Shown piece by piece: positions 1-9,734 of a stretch of 64,000 nt of DNA. Position 1 is the stretch's first letter; each line of letters starts with the position of its first letter. The stretch lies in contig JBPBQS010000159.1 of assembly GCA_050920955.1 (NCBI GenBank), positions 2,272-66,271 of the forward strand, in the 5' to 3' direction. The notes beneath the pieces were generated by a model that was not told the DNA's origin, did no database searches, and saw nothing but the letters and a program-made list of their open reading frames with translations. The translations under genes and the position numbers were made by a program. This stretch comes from Janthinobacterium lividum (GTDB lineage: Bacteria > Pseudomonadota > Alphaproteobacteria > Acetobacterales > Acetobacteraceae).

Positions 1-73
1 GCCTTACTTAGGGGATGCGTTCCAAGGGCGCAGCCTTTGGCGGAGTTTGAGGCGGAGCCTCAACCTTGCTTCC
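1..73. repeat. mosaic hairpin repeat copy 1 (one arm, cut by window edge)
   Basis: ...CTTAGGGGATGCGTTCCAAGGGCGCAGCCTTTGGCGGAGTTTGAGGCGGAGCCTCAACCTTGCTTCC; nearly identical to one arm of copies 5 and 19. Confidence 0.9.
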
Positions 74-1178
74 CTTCCCCTGCCCCGCCCCTCCGGCTAG
101 CGTCCGCGCCGTCACCGACCGGAACACGCCCGTGCTCGCTTCGCGCCACCTGCTTGCCATCGAGGGCATGCACCCGCCGCAGATCGGCGAGCTTCTCGAC
201 CTGGCCGAGAGCTACGTCCTGCTGAACCGCTCCGGCAAGACGCAGCGCGACACGCTGCGCGGCCGCACGGTGATCAACCTGTTCTTCGAGGACAGCACGC
301 GCACGCGGACCTCCTTCGAGCTGGCGGGCAAGCGGCTGGGCGCGGACGTGATCAACATGTCCGTGTCGAACTCCAGCGTGAACAAGGGCGAGACGCTGCT
401 CGACACGGCGGCGACGCTGAACGCGATGCACTGCGACCTGCTGGTGGTGCGCCACGCGCAGTCGGGCGCGCCGTCGCTGCTGGCGCAGAAGGTCGGCGCG
501 GCGGTGGTCAACGCCGGGGACGGCACGCACGAGCACCCGACGCAGGCGCTGCTGGACGCGCTGACGATCCGGCGCCGGCGGGGGCGGCTCGCGGGGCTGA
601 CGGTGGCGATCTGCGGCGACGTGGCGCACAGCCGGGTGGCGCGCTCCAACATCCACCTGCTCGGCACGATGGGCAGCCGGGTGCGCGTGGTCGGGCCGCC
701 GACGCTGATGCCGGCCGAGATCGGGCGGCTCGGCGTGGACGTGTTCCACGACATGGCCGAGGGGCTGCGCGGCGTGGACGTGGTGATGATGCTCAGGCTG
801 CAGCGCGAGCGCATGGGCGAGGGCGGGGGCGCGGCCCCGGTGCCGAGCGCGCGCGAGTACTTCCGCTTCTTCGGGCTGGACGCGGAGAAGCTGTCGCTCG
901 CTGCGCCGGACGCGCTGGTGATGCACCCCGGGCCGATGAACCGCGGCGTGGAGATCGACAGCGCGGTGGCCGACGACCTGGCGCACAGCGTGATCCGCGA
1001 GCAGGTGGAGATGGGCGTCGCGGTGCGCATGGCGGTGCTGGACCGGCTGGCGCGGCCGCAGGCGTCGGGCGGGGCGGGCGCGCAGGGCGTGGGGCGGGGC
1101 AACGCCAGCCTCGGCGTCGCGGGGCAGGAAGAGGACGACGAGGCCTGGAACGACAAGCCGTGGGGGGGCGAGTCGTGA
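66..1178 (+). CDS. pyrB: aspartate carbamoyltransferase catalytic subunit
   Basis: ATCase motifs are present: [28 protein letters not shown]. The TTG at 66 lies inside repeat copy 1; an in-frame GTG at 132 is an alternative start. Confidence 0.9.
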   Translation: MLPFPCPAPPASVRAVTDRNTPVLASRHLLAIEGMHPPQIGELLDLAESYVLLNRSGKTQRDTLRGRTVINLFFEDSTRTRTSFELAGKRLGADVINMSVSNSSVNKGETLLDTAATLNAMHCDLLVVRHAQSGAPSLLAQKVGAAVVNAGDGTHEHPTQALLDALTIRRRRGRLAGLTVAICGDVAHSRVARSNIHLLGTMGSRVRVVGPPTLMPAEIGRLGVDVFHDMAEGLRGVDVVMMLRLQRERMGEGGGAAPVPSAREYFRFFGLDAEKLSLAAPDALVMHPGPMNRGVEIDSAVADDLAHSVIREQVEMGVAVRMAVLDRLARPQASGGAGAQGVGRGNASLGVAGQEEDDEAWNDKPWGGES

Positions 1179-2545
1179 GCGACGTCCTGTTCGAGAACGT
1201 GCGGCTGATCGACCCGGCCAGCGGCACGGACCGGGTGGGCGCGCTGCTGGTGCGCGACGGGCGGATCGCGGACCTCGGCGACAACCTGGGGCGGCCGGAC
1301 GGGGCGGTGGTGGTGGACGGCACGGACTGCGTGCTGTGCCCGGGGCTGGTGGACATGCGCGCGGCGCTGGGCGAGCCGGGGCGCGAGTACCGCGAGACCA
1401 TCGCGTCGGCGGCGCAGGCGGCGGCGGCGGGCGGGATCACCACGCTGGCCGCGCTGCCCGACACGAAGCCCGCGATCGACGACCCCGCGCTGGTCAGGCT
1501 GCTGCGCGCGCGGGGCGAGGAGACGGGCTCGCTCACGATCCTGCCGTACGGCGCGCTGACGGCGGGCTGCGCGGGCGAGCAGCTCGCGGAGATGGGCCTG
1601 CTGCGCGAGGCGGGCGCGGTCGCGTTCACCGACGGGATGCGCGCGATCGGCAACGCCAGGCTGATGCGGATGGCGCTGGCGTATGCGCGCGGCTTCGGGG
1701 TGCGCGTCGTGGTGCACCCGGAGGAGCCGGCGCTGGCGGCGGGCGGGGCTGCGACGGAGGGGGAGCTTGCGACGCGGCTGGGGCTGCCGGGCATCCCGGC
1801 GGTCGCCGAGGCGATGCTGGTGGCGCGCGACATCCGCCTGAGCCGGCTCACCGGCGGCGCGCTGCACGTCGCGCACGTGTCGACGGCGGAGTCGGTGATG
1901 CTGATCCGCCGCGCCAAGGGCGAGGGCGTGGACGTGACCTGCGACACCGCGCCGCCGTACTTCGACCTCAACGAGACGGCGATCGGCGACTTCCGCTCCT
2001 ACGCCAAGCTGTCGCCGCCGCTGCGGCCGGAGAGCGACCGGCTGGGCGTGGCGGCGGGGCTGCTCGACGGCACGATCGACGCCATCGCGTCCGACCACCA
2101 GCCGCGCGACGCGGACGACAAGCGGCTGCCGTTCGCGCAGGCCTCGCCCGGCGGCTCGGGGCTCGCGACGCTGCTGGGGGTGAGTCTCGCGCAGGTGCAC
2201 GGCGGCTCGCTCGGGCTGGCGGCGATGGTGGCGCTGCTCACCGCGCGGCCGGCGAAGGTGCTCGGGGTGGCGGCGGGGACGCTGGCGCGCGGGGCGGCGG
2301 CGGACCTGTGCCTGTTCCACCCGGAGCGGGCGTGGAAGGTCGTCGCCGGGCAGCTCCCGGGCAAGGCGCAGAACACGCCGTTCGACGGCCGCGCGCTGGA
2401 GGGCCGCGTGTTCGGGACCTGGAAGGCGGGGCGCCTGGTGTTCGCGCACCCCGGCGGGCCGGCGGAGCGGGCGCGGGCGTTCGCGGCGCCCGGCATGGCC
2501 GACGGGGCGCAGGGGCCGGACGGGGCGGCGGAGGTCGGGCTGTGA
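1175..2545 (+). CDS. dihydroorotase-like protein (probable non-catalytic PyrC'-type)
   Basis: Amidohydrolase/DHOase fold (PGLVD..EPG, ASDHQP) with a GTGA overlap on the pyrB stop; the track start is 1160. The canonical DxHVH motif reads DMRAA. Confidence 0.8.
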   Translation: MSDVLFENVRLIDPASGTDRVGALLVRDGRIADLGDNLGRPDGAVVVDGTDCVLCPGLVDMRAALGEPGREYRETIASAAQAAAAGGITTLAALPDTKPAIDDPALVRLLRARGEETGSLTILPYGALTAGCAGEQLAEMGLLREAGAVAFTDGMRAIGNARLMRMALAYARGFGVRVVVHPEEPALAAGGAATEGELATRLGLPGIPAVAEAMLVARDIRLSRLTGGALHVAHVSTAESVMLIRRAKGEGVDVTCDTAPPYFDLNETAIGDFRSYAKLSPPLRPESDRLGVAAGLLDGTIDAIASDHQPRDADDKRLPFAQASPGGSGLATLLGVSLAQVHGGSLGLAAMVALLTARPAKVLGVAAGTLARGAAADLCLFHPERAWKVVAGQLPGKAQNTPFDGRALEGRVFGTWKAGRLVFAHPGGPAERARAFAAPGMADGAQGPDGAAEVGL

Positions 2546-3165
2546 CGGGCCTGCCGCTGCCGGGGCCGGGCAGCTACGCGGGCGCGGGGCTTCTGGTGGC
2601 GGTTCTCGCGTATCTCGCGGGGTCGGTGGCGTTCGGGCTGCTGCTGACGCGGCTGGCGGGGCTGGGCGACCTGCGCGCCGTCGGCTCGGGCAACATCGGC
2701 GCGACCAACGTGCTGCGCACCGGGCGGCGAGGGCTGGCGGCGGCGACGCTGCTGCTGGACGCGGCGAAGGGGCTGCTCGCGGTCGTGCTCGCGGGGTGGG
2801 CGCTCGGGGGTTGGGCTGCGGCGGTGGCGGCGGTGTGCGTCGTCGCGGGGCACTGCTTCCCGGCGTGGCTGCGCTTCCGCGGCGGCAAGGGCGTCGCCAC
2901 CGGGCTGGGCGCGATGCTCGGGCTGGACTGGCGCGTGGGGCTCGCAGCCTGCGCGGCCTGGCTGCTGGCCGCGTGGCTGAGCCGGGTCTCGTCGGTGGGC
3001 GCGCTCGCGGCCATGGCGGCGGGGGTCGCGGCGGCCGGGCTGCTGATGGCGGGGGCGGGGTGCGCGGCGGCGGTACTGGTCGCGGCCCTGGTGGTGGCGC
3101 GGCACCACGGCAACATCCGGCGGCTCGCCGCGGGGACGGAGCCGAGGATCGGGGCGCGGGCTTGA
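2542..3165 (+). CDS. plsY: glycerol-3-phosphate acyltransferase PlsY
   Basis: In-frame GTG overlaps the previous stop. GSGNIGATNVLRTG motif and a multi-TM profile. Confidence 0.85.
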   Translation: MTGLPLPGPGSYAGAGLLVAVLAYLAGSVAFGLLLTRLAGLGDLRAVGSGNIGATNVLRTGRRGLAAATLLLDAAKGLLAVVLAGWALGGWAAAVAAVCVVAGHCFPAWLRFRGGKGVATGLGAMLGLDWRVGLAACAAWLLAAWLSRVSSVGALAAMAAGVAAAGLLMAGAGCAAAVLVAALVVARHHGNIRRLAAGTEPRIGARA

Positions 3166-3168
3166 GAA

Positions 3169-3291
3169 GGAAGCATGAGGCGCTGCCTCAAACTCCGCCA
3201 AGGGAAGCCCCTTGGATGGCTTCCCTTAAGTCAAGGGATCAAAGGGTCCTCGGACCCTTTGCGGGTTTGGGCAGAGCCCATGCTTGCTTCC
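3169..3291. repeat. mosaic hairpin repeat copy 2 (full, two arms around CTTAAG)
   Basis: GGAAGCATGAGGCGCTGCCTCAAACTCCGCCAAGGGAAGCCCCTTGGATGGCTTCCCTTAAG + inverted arm ...AAAGGGTCCTCGGACCCTTTGCGGGTTTGGGCAGAGCCCATGCTTGCTTCC. Confidence 0.95.
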
Positions 3292-3304
3292 TGGCTTTCG
3301 CCCC

Positions 3305-4573
3305 GTGACGCCTTCGGAGGAGCTGGACCGGCTGCGCCTGGCGCGGACCGAGGGCGTGGGGCCGGTGACGTTCCGGCGCCTGGTGGCGCGGTTCGCGACG
3401 GCGGCGGAGGCGATCGACGCGCTGCCCGGGCTGGCGCGGTCCGGCGGGCGGGCGGAGGCGCCGCGCGTGCCGGGGCGCGACGAGGCGGCGCGGGAGCTGG
3501 AGCGGCTGGCGCGGCTGGGCGGGCGGATGCTGTTCCTGGGGGGCGCGGGGTACCCGCCGCTGCTGGCGCTGCTGGCGGACGCGCCGTCGGCGATCGCGGT
3601 ACTGGGGGACGTGGAGTGTCTGTCGGCGCGGGCGGTGGGGCTGGTGGGGGCGCGCAACTGCTCGACGAACGGGGAGCGGATGGCGGAGGCGCTGTCGACG
3701 GACCTGGCGGCGTCGGGGCTGGTGGTGGTGTCGGGGCTGGCGCGGGGGATCGACGCGGCGGCGCACCGCGGGGCGATGCACGTGGGGCGGACGGTGGCGT
3801 GCGTGGCGGGGGGGCTGGACTGCGTCTACCCGGCGGAGCACGCGGGGCTGCAGGCGGAGGTGGCGGCGCACGGGGCGGTGGTGGCGGAGTCGGCGCTGGG
3901 GGTGGCGCCGCAGAACCGGCATTTTCCGAAGCGTAACCGGGTCATCGCGGGGCTGTCGCTGGGGGTCGTGGTGGTGGAGGCGGCGCTGCGGTCGGGGACG
4001 CTGATCACGGCGCGGCTGGCGCAGGAGCTGCACCGGGAGATCTTCGCGGTGCCGGGCTCGCCGCTGGACCCGCGGTCGCGGGGGTCGAACGACCTGATAC
4101 GGCAGGGCGCGTGGCTGACGGAGTCGGCGCAGGACGTGCTGGCGAACCTGCCGGACCACGGGCCGGCGCTGGGCGGGGGGCACGAGGCGGAGCCGGAAGC
4201 GGACCCGGGCGAGGCGGGTGCGGGGGGAGGAACGACGGGGCCCGAGCCTGCGGTGTCGGCCCCTGCCCGGCCGCGACGGGGCGCGGGGCTGCTGCGGCGC
4301 GCGGGGCGCTCCGGGGTGGGCGACGCTGCGGGCGGGAGCGTGCCGGACGGCGGCGAGGAGGGGGGGCGCGGCGGCCGGGACGGGGCGGGCGGGGTGCAGG
4401 CGGCGGTGCTCGCGTGTCTCGGCGTGTCGCCGACGCCGGTTGACGAGGTGGTGCGCCGCTGCCACTTGTCCGCGTCTGCCGTCTCGTCCGCGCTGCTGGA
4501 GCTTGAGCTCGCCGGCCGGATCGAGACCCTTCCCGGGAACCGGGTTTGCCTGCTGATCGACACGGGGCCCTAG
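3305..4573 (+). CDS. dprA: DNA-processing protein DprA
   Basis: DprA/Smf Rossmann region (GLARGIDAAAHRGA) and a C-terminal winged-helix region. The track start TTG 3284 is inside repeat copy 2; GTG 3305 is more plausible. Confidence 0.85.
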   Translation: MTPSEELDRLRLARTEGVGPVTFRRLVARFATAAEAIDALPGLARSGGRAEAPRVPGRDEAARELERLARLGGRMLFLGGAGYPPLLALLADAPSAIAVLGDVECLSARAVGLVGARNCSTNGERMAEALSTDLAASGLVVVSGLARGIDAAAHRGAMHVGRTVACVAGGLDCVYPAEHAGLQAEVAAHGAVVAESALGVAPQNRHFPKRNRVIAGLSLGVVVVEAALRSGTLITARLAQELHREIFAVPGSPLDPRSRGSNDLIRQGAWLTESAQDVLANLPDHGPALGGGHEAEPEADPGEAGAGGGTTGPEPAVSAPARPRRGAGLLRRAGRSGVGDAAGGSVPDGGEEGGRGGRDGAGGVQAAVLACLGVSPTPVDEVVRRCHLSASAVSSALLELELAGRIETLPGNRVCLLIDTGP

Positions 4574-4606
4574 CACGCTGATGAGGCTGTGGCCCGAGGG
4601 TACTGA

Positions 4607-7342
4607 ATGACTGACGTCGTCGTCGTCGAATCGCCCGCCAAGGCCAAGACCATCAACAAGTACCTCGGGGACGGCTACACCGTGCTCGCCTCCTTCGGGC
4701 ACGTGCGCGACCTGCCGCCCAAGGACGGCAGCGTGCGGCCCGACGAGGACTTCGCGATGGACTGGGAGGCCGACGAGCGCGGCCAGCGCCAGATCACCGC
4801 CATCGTCAAGGCGCTCAAGGGCGCCGAGCACCTCTACCTCGCGACCGACCCGGACCGTGAGGGCGAGGCGATCTCGTGGCACGTCCGCGCCATGCTCGAG
4901 GAGAAGGGCGCGCTGCGCGGCGTCGACGTCCAGCGCATCACCTTCAACGAGATCACCAAGTCCGCCGTGCAGCGCGCGATGGAGCAGCCGCGCGAGCTGG
5001 ACCTGCCGCTGATCGAGGCGTACCTCGCCAGGCGGGCGCTGGACTACCTGGTGGGGTTCACGCTGTCGCCGGTGCTGTGGCGCAAGCTGCCGGGCAGCCG
5101 CTCGGCGGGGCGCGTGCAGTCCGTCGCGCTGCGCCTGGTGTGCGAGCGCGAGGCGGAGATCGAGGCGTTCCGGCCGCGCGAGTACTGGACGGTCGAGGCC
5201 CACATGGCCACGCCCGCGGGCGCGCCGTTCGTGGCGCGGCTGACGCACCTCGACGAGAAGAGGCTCGACCAGTTCGACCTGAACGCGGAGCCGCTGGCAC
5301 TGGCGGCCAGGGCGCAGGTCGAGGCGGGGGGCTTCGAGGTCGCCGGCGTGGAGCGGCGGCGCGTCAAGCGCAACCCGCCGGCGCCGTTCACGACGTCGAC
5401 GCTGCAGCAGGAGGCCAGCCGCAAGCTCGGCATGGGCGCGCAGGCGGCGATGCGCACAGCGCAGCAGCTCTACGAGGGCATCGAGCTGGGCGGCGAGACG
5501 ACGGGGCTGATCAGCTACATGAGGACCGACGGCGTCTCGATGGCGCGCGAGGCGATCGACTCGATCCGCGAGCATGTCGGGGCGGCGTTCGGCGAGCGGT
5601 ATCGGCCGGCGGCGCCGCGCGAGTACCACGCGAAGGCGAAGAACGCGCAGGAGGCGCACGAGGCGGTGCGGCCGACCGACGTCGCGCGCACGCCGGAGAT
5701 GATGGCGCCGTACCTGAACACGGAGCAGGCGCGGCTGTACGAGCTGGTGTGGAAGCGCGCGGTCGCGAGCCAGATGCAGTCGGCGGAGCTGGACCAGGTC
5801 ATCGTGGAGGTCGCCGACCCTGGCAGGCCGGACGGGCCGAAGCTGCGGGCCAACGGGTCGATCATCGCGTTCGACGGGTTCCTGCGCCTCTACCGCGAGG
5901 GCGTGGACGAGGGCGAGGAGGAGGAGAGCCGGATGCTGCCGCCGATGGCGGAGCGCGACCCCCTCGCCTGCCCCAAGGTGGACGCCTCGCAGCACTTCAC
6001 GCAGCCGCCGCCGCGCTACTCCGAGGCCAGCCTCGTCAAGATGATGGAGGAGCTGGGGATCGGGCGTCCCTCGACGTACGCCTCGATCCTGACCGTGCTG
6101 CGCGACCGCTCCTACGTGCGCATGGAGAACAAGCGCTTCGTGCCCGAGGACCGCGGCCGCCTGGTCACGGCTTTCCTCGCGAGCTTCTTCGAGCGCTACG
6201 TGGACACCGGCTTCACCGCCGGGCTCGAGGAGCAGCTCGACGAGATCAGCGACGGCACGGCGCAGTGGCGCGCGGTGATGCACGCGTTCTGGGCCGACTT
6301 CTCCAAGGCGGTCGAGCAGACGCGCGAGCTGAAGATCTCCGACGTCATCGACGCGCTGGACGGCGACCTCGGCGAGCACTTCTTCCCCGCGCGCGCCGAC
6401 GGGACCGACCCGCGGCTGTGCCCGGCGTGCCACGCGGGGCGGCTCGGGCTCAAGCTCGGGCGGCACGGCTCGTTCATCGGCTGCTCGAACTACCCGGGGT
6501 GCCAGTACACGCGGAGGCTGGCGATCGAGGGCGGCGAGGGCGACGGCGAGACCCTGAAGGAGGGCCGCCGCGAGCTGGGGCCGAACCCGGACGGCGGGCA
6601 GATGGTCACCGTGCGCCGCGGGCCGTACGGGCTCTACGTGCAGCAGGGCGAGGCGGACCCCGAGGACAAGAAGGTCAAGCCGAAGCGGACGTCGCTGCCC
6701 AAGGGCATGGACGGGGACGCGATGACGCTGGAGCAGGCGCTGGGGCTGCTGTCGCTGCCGCGCTTCGTGGGCACGCACCCCGAGGCGGGCGAGCCGATCG
6801 AGGCGGGCATCGGGCGCTTCGGGCCGTACGTGAAGATGGGCGCGATCTACGGCTCGCTCGACAAGGACGACGACGTGCTGGCGGTCGGGCTGAACCGCGC
6901 CGTCGACGTGCTGGCGCGCAAGCTGGCGAGCGTGCGCGCGCTGGGCGAGCACCCGAAGGACCGCGCGCCGGTGATCGTCAAGAAGGGGCGCTTCGGGGCG
7001 TACATCCAGCACAACACGATGGTCGCCAACGTGCCGCGCGGCGTGGAGATGGACGACGTGACGCTGGAGGACGCGGTGGCGCTGCTCGCCGAGCGGGGCA
7101 AGCCGCTCAAGGCCAAGCCGGGGGCGCGCAAGGCCAAGCCGGCGGCCAAGGCACCGGCCGCGAGGAAGCCGAAGGCGGCGGACGCGGACGCGGCGGATCA
7201 GGCCAAGCCCGCGGCGGCGAAGAAGGCGGCGCCGAAGAAGAAGGCTGCGGCGAAGAAGCCCGCGGCGAAGGCCAAGGCCAAGGCCGCGAAGCCGAAGGCC
7301 GCGAAGGCGGTCGCCAGCGCCGGGTCCGGCGAGGCGGACTGA
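4607..7342 (+). CDS. topA: DNA topoisomerase I
   Basis: 911-aa protein with a Toprim N-terminus (VVVESPAKAKTINKYLG), the active-site YMRTDG and one Cys4 zinc ribbon. It ends in a Lys/Ala/Pro-rich tail. Confidence 0.97.
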   Translation: MTDVVVVESPAKAKTINKYLGDGYTVLASFGHVRDLPPKDGSVRPDEDFAMDWEADERGQRQITAIVKALKGAEHLYLATDPDREGEAISWHVRAMLEEKGALRGVDVQRITFNEITKSAVQRAMEQPRELDLPLIEAYLARRALDYLVGFTLSPVLWRKLPGSRSAGRVQSVALRLVCEREAEIEAFRPREYWTVEAHMATPAGAPFVARLTHLDEKRLDQFDLNAEPLALAARAQVEAGGFEVAGVERRRVKRNPPAPFTTSTLQQEASRKLGMGAQAAMRTAQQLYEGIELGGETTGLISYMRTDGVSMAREAIDSIREHVGAAFGERYRPAAPREYHAKAKNAQEAHEAVRPTDVARTPEMMAPYLNTEQARLYELVWKRAVASQMQSAELDQVIVEVADPGRPDGPKLRANGSIIAFDGFLRLYREGVDEGEEEESRMLPPMAERDPLACPKVDASQHFTQPPPRYSEASLVKMMEELGIGRPSTYASILTVLRDRSYVRMENKRFVPEDRGRLVTAFLASFFERYVDTGFTAGLEEQLDEISDGTAQWRAVMHAFWADFSKAVEQTRELKISDVIDALDGDLGEHFFPARADGTDPRLCPACHAGRLGLKLGRHGSFIGCSNYPGCQYTRRLAIEGGEGDGETLKEGRRELGPNPDGGQMVTVRRGPYGLYVQQGEADPEDKKVKPKRTSLPKGMDGDAMTLEQALGLLSLPRFVGTHPEAGEPIEAGIGRFGPYVKMGAIYGSLDKDDDVLAVGLNRAVDVLARKLASVRALGEHPKDRAPVIVKKGRFGAYIQHNTMVANVPRGVEMDDVTLEDAVALLAERGKPLKAKPGARKAKPAAKAPAARKPKAADADAADQAKPAAAKKAAPKKKAAAKKPAAKAKAKAAKPKAAKAVASAGSGEAD

Positions 7343-7343
7343 C

Positions 7344-9734
7344 GTGGGGCCGCCTCCGGAGCCGGGCGAGGACGAGGTCGCGCCGCACGGGGACGAGGCC
7401 GCGCCGGAGTCGCCCGCGCCCGGCGGGCTGCCGTCGCGCGAGGCGGTGCGGCGGTTCATCCGCGAGAGCCCGGGCCGCGTTGGCAAGCGCGAGATCTCGC
7501 GCGAGTTCGGCCTGGGCGCGGAGCACCGCGTGGCGCTGCGCGGGATGCTGCGCGACCTGGCGTCGAGCGGCGCGGTGGCGCCGGCCGGGCACCGCCGGTT
7601 CACGCTGCCCGGGCGTCTGCCGGACGCGTGCGTGGTCCTCGTCACCGGGACCGACCCGGACGGCGACGCGCTCGCGCGGCCGCTGGACTGGCAGGGGGAC
7701 GGGCCCGCGCCGCTGGTGTTCATGGCGCCCGAGGAACGCGGGCGGCCAGCACTGGCACCGGGCGAGCGGGTGCTGGCGCGGCTCAAGCCGATGGGGACGG
7801 GGAAGTACGAGGGCCGCACGCTGAAGCGGCTGAGCGAGGCGCCGGCGCGCGTGCTCGGCGTGTTCAAGGCGGGCGGCGGCGACGCGGAGGACGGCGCGGG
7901 CGGGCGCGACCGGCGCGGGCGCGGGCGGTTCATGCCGCGCGGCACGGGCATCGCGCCGGCGCCGGGCGAGGGGCGGCTGATTCCCACGGACCGGCGCTCG
8001 AAGGCGGAGTGGCGCATCCCCGCGGGCGAGACGGACGGCGCGGAGCACGACGAGATCGTGCTGGCGCAGCCGCTGCCGTCCACGGGCTACGGGCTCAAGA
8101 CGGCGCGCGTGGTCGAGCGCCTCGGGAAGATGGGCGACGCGCGCTCGGTGAGCCTGATCTGCGTGCACACGCACGGCATCCCCACCGAATTCGACCCGGA
8201 GTCGGTGGCCGAGGCGGAGGCGGCGCGCGCGGTGCCGCTGGGCGAGCGCGCCGACCTGCGCGACCTCGGCCTGGTGACGATCGACGGCGAGGACGCGCGC
8301 GACTTCGACGACGCGGTGTTCGCCGAGCCCGACGTGGCGCGCGACGGCGAGGCGGAGAACCCGGGCGGGCACCGTCTCGTGGTGGCGATCGCGGACGTGG
8401 CGCACTACGTCCGGCCGGGCTCGGCGCTGGACCGCGACGCGGGGAAGCGCGGCAACTCGGTGTACTTCCCGGACCGCGTGGTGCCGATGCTGCCCGAGGC
8501 GCTGTCGAACGGCTGGTGCTCGCTGCGCCCCGGCGAGGAGCGGGGGTGCCTGTTCGTCGAGATGCGGGTGACGTCGGACGGGCGGAAGCTGTCGCACCGC
8601 TTCGGGCGCGGGCTGATGCGCTCGTCGGCGCGGCTGACCTACACGCAGGTCCAGGCGCTGCACGACCGCGACGCGGGCACCGGCATGGCGGAGCAGGCGG
8701 TGCTGGACGCGGCGCCGCCGGTGCCGGACGGGCTGGTGGGCGCGCTGTACGCGGCGTTCCAGGCGCTGCTGGCGGCGCGGCAGGCGCGCGGCACGCTCGA
8801 CCTCGACCTGCCCGAGCGCAAGGTGGTGCTCGACGAGGCGGGGCAGGTCGTGGCGATCGCGCCCCGGGCGCGGCTCGACAGCCACCGGCTGATCGAGGAG
8901 TTCATGGTGCTCGCCAACGTGGCGGCGGCCGAGGAGCTGGAGCGTCGGCACCGGCCGTGCATGTACCGCGTGCACGCGCCGCCGTCCGACGAGAAGCTGG
9001 AGGCGCTGCGGGCGTTCCTGCGCACCTTCGACCTCGCTTTGCCGCCGACGGGCGAGCTGCGGCCGAGCGACCTGGACCGCGTGCTGCAGGCCGTTGCCGG
9101 CACCGAGCACGCGGCCCTGGTCAACGAGGTGATGCTGCGCAGCCAGAGCCAGGCGGCGTACGACCCGGACAACATCGGCCACTTCGGGCTGTCGCTGGCG
9201 CGCTACGCCCATTTCACCAGCCCGATCCGGCGCTACGCGGACCTGCTGGTGCACCGCGCGCTGGTTTCCGGGATGCGCCCTGGCGACGGCGCGCTGCCGC
9301 ACGACGGCGAGGGCTCGGCGTCCGAGTACCCCGATATCGCCGAGCGCATCACCGGCACGGAGCGGCGCGCGGCGCTGGCGGAGCGCGACGCCGTGGACCG
9401 TTACCTTTCTGCCTACATGGCCGACAAAGTGGGCGCGGTGTTCGCCGCCCGCATCTCCGGTGTTGCGCGTTTCGGGCTGTTCGTCACACTGGACGACAGC
9501 GGGGCCAGCGGTCTGGTGCCCCTCAAATCCCTCCCGGACGACTACTGGATGCACGACGAGACGACCCAGTCCCTGGTCGGCCGCGCCACCCGCCTCGTGT
9601 TCCGCTTGGCACAGGCGGTCGAGGTGCGGCTGTCCGAAGCGACGCCGGTGACCGGCGGGCTGCTGTTCGGGATGCTGACCGGATCCGGCGGCGCCACGCG
9701 GCCCGGCGAGGGGAGCCGGTCCCGCCGCAGGTGA
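7344..9734 (+). CDS. rnr: ribonuclease R
   Basis: RNB catalytic region (DGEDARDFDDAV) and a C-terminal S1-like domain. It starts 2 nt after the topA stop. Confidence 0.9.
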   Translation: MGPPPEPGEDEVAPHGDEAAPESPAPGGLPSREAVRRFIRESPGRVGKREISREFGLGAEHRVALRGMLRDLASSGAVAPAGHRRFTLPGRLPDACVVLVTGTDPDGDALARPLDWQGDGPAPLVFMAPEERGRPALAPGERVLARLKPMGTGKYEGRTLKRLSEAPARVLGVFKAGGGDAEDGAGGRDRRGRGRFMPRGTGIAPAPGEGRLIPTDRRSKAEWRIPAGETDGAEHDEIVLAQPLPSTGYGLKTARVVERLGKMGDARSVSLICVHTHGIPTEFDPESVAEAEAARAVPLGERADLRDLGLVTIDGEDARDFDDAVFAEPDVARDGEAENPGGHRLVVAIADVAHYVRPGSALDRDAGKRGNSVYFPDRVVPMLPEALSNGWCSLRPGEERGCLFVEMRVTSDGRKLSHRFGRGLMRSSARLTYTQVQALHDRDAGTGMAEQAVLDAAPPVPDGLVGALYAAFQALLAARQARGTLDLDLPERKVVLDEAGQVVAIAPRARLDSHRLIEEFMVLANVAAAEELERRHRPCMYRVHAPPSDEKLEALRAFLRTFDLALPPTGELRPSDLDRVLQAVAGTEHAALVNEVMLRSQSQAAYDPDNIGHFGLSLARYAHFTSPIRRYADLLVHRALVSGMRPGDGALPHDGEGSASEYPDIAERITGTERRAALAERDAVDRYLSAYMADKVGAVFAARISGVARFGLFVTLDDSGASGLVPLKSLPDDYWMHDETTQSLVGRATRLVFRLAQAVEVRLSEATPVTGGLLFGMLTGSGGATRPGEGSRSRRR

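Noticed and set aside
37-225. Recurrent small ORFs starting MAEFEAEP... (also at 11710, ending at 3201 and at 37618), and ORFs ending ...AKGPRTL or containing [12 protein letters not shown].
   Set aside because: They are translations of the repeat arms in different frames. Their similarity reflects DNA repetition, not a conserved peptide gene, and their downstream parts are unrelated.
3239-8083. A 1614-aa reverse-strand ORF antisense to dprA, topA and rnr. Similar giant ORFs occur at 32795-36601, 212-2449, 9542-11695, 46808-49279, 49327-52248, 53342-57166 and elsewhere.
   Set aside because: The translations are monotonous Arg/Pro/Ala/Gly strings with no motifs. Each lies opposite or out of frame to a gene with clear family signatures. 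Long stop-free frames are expected at about 70% GC.
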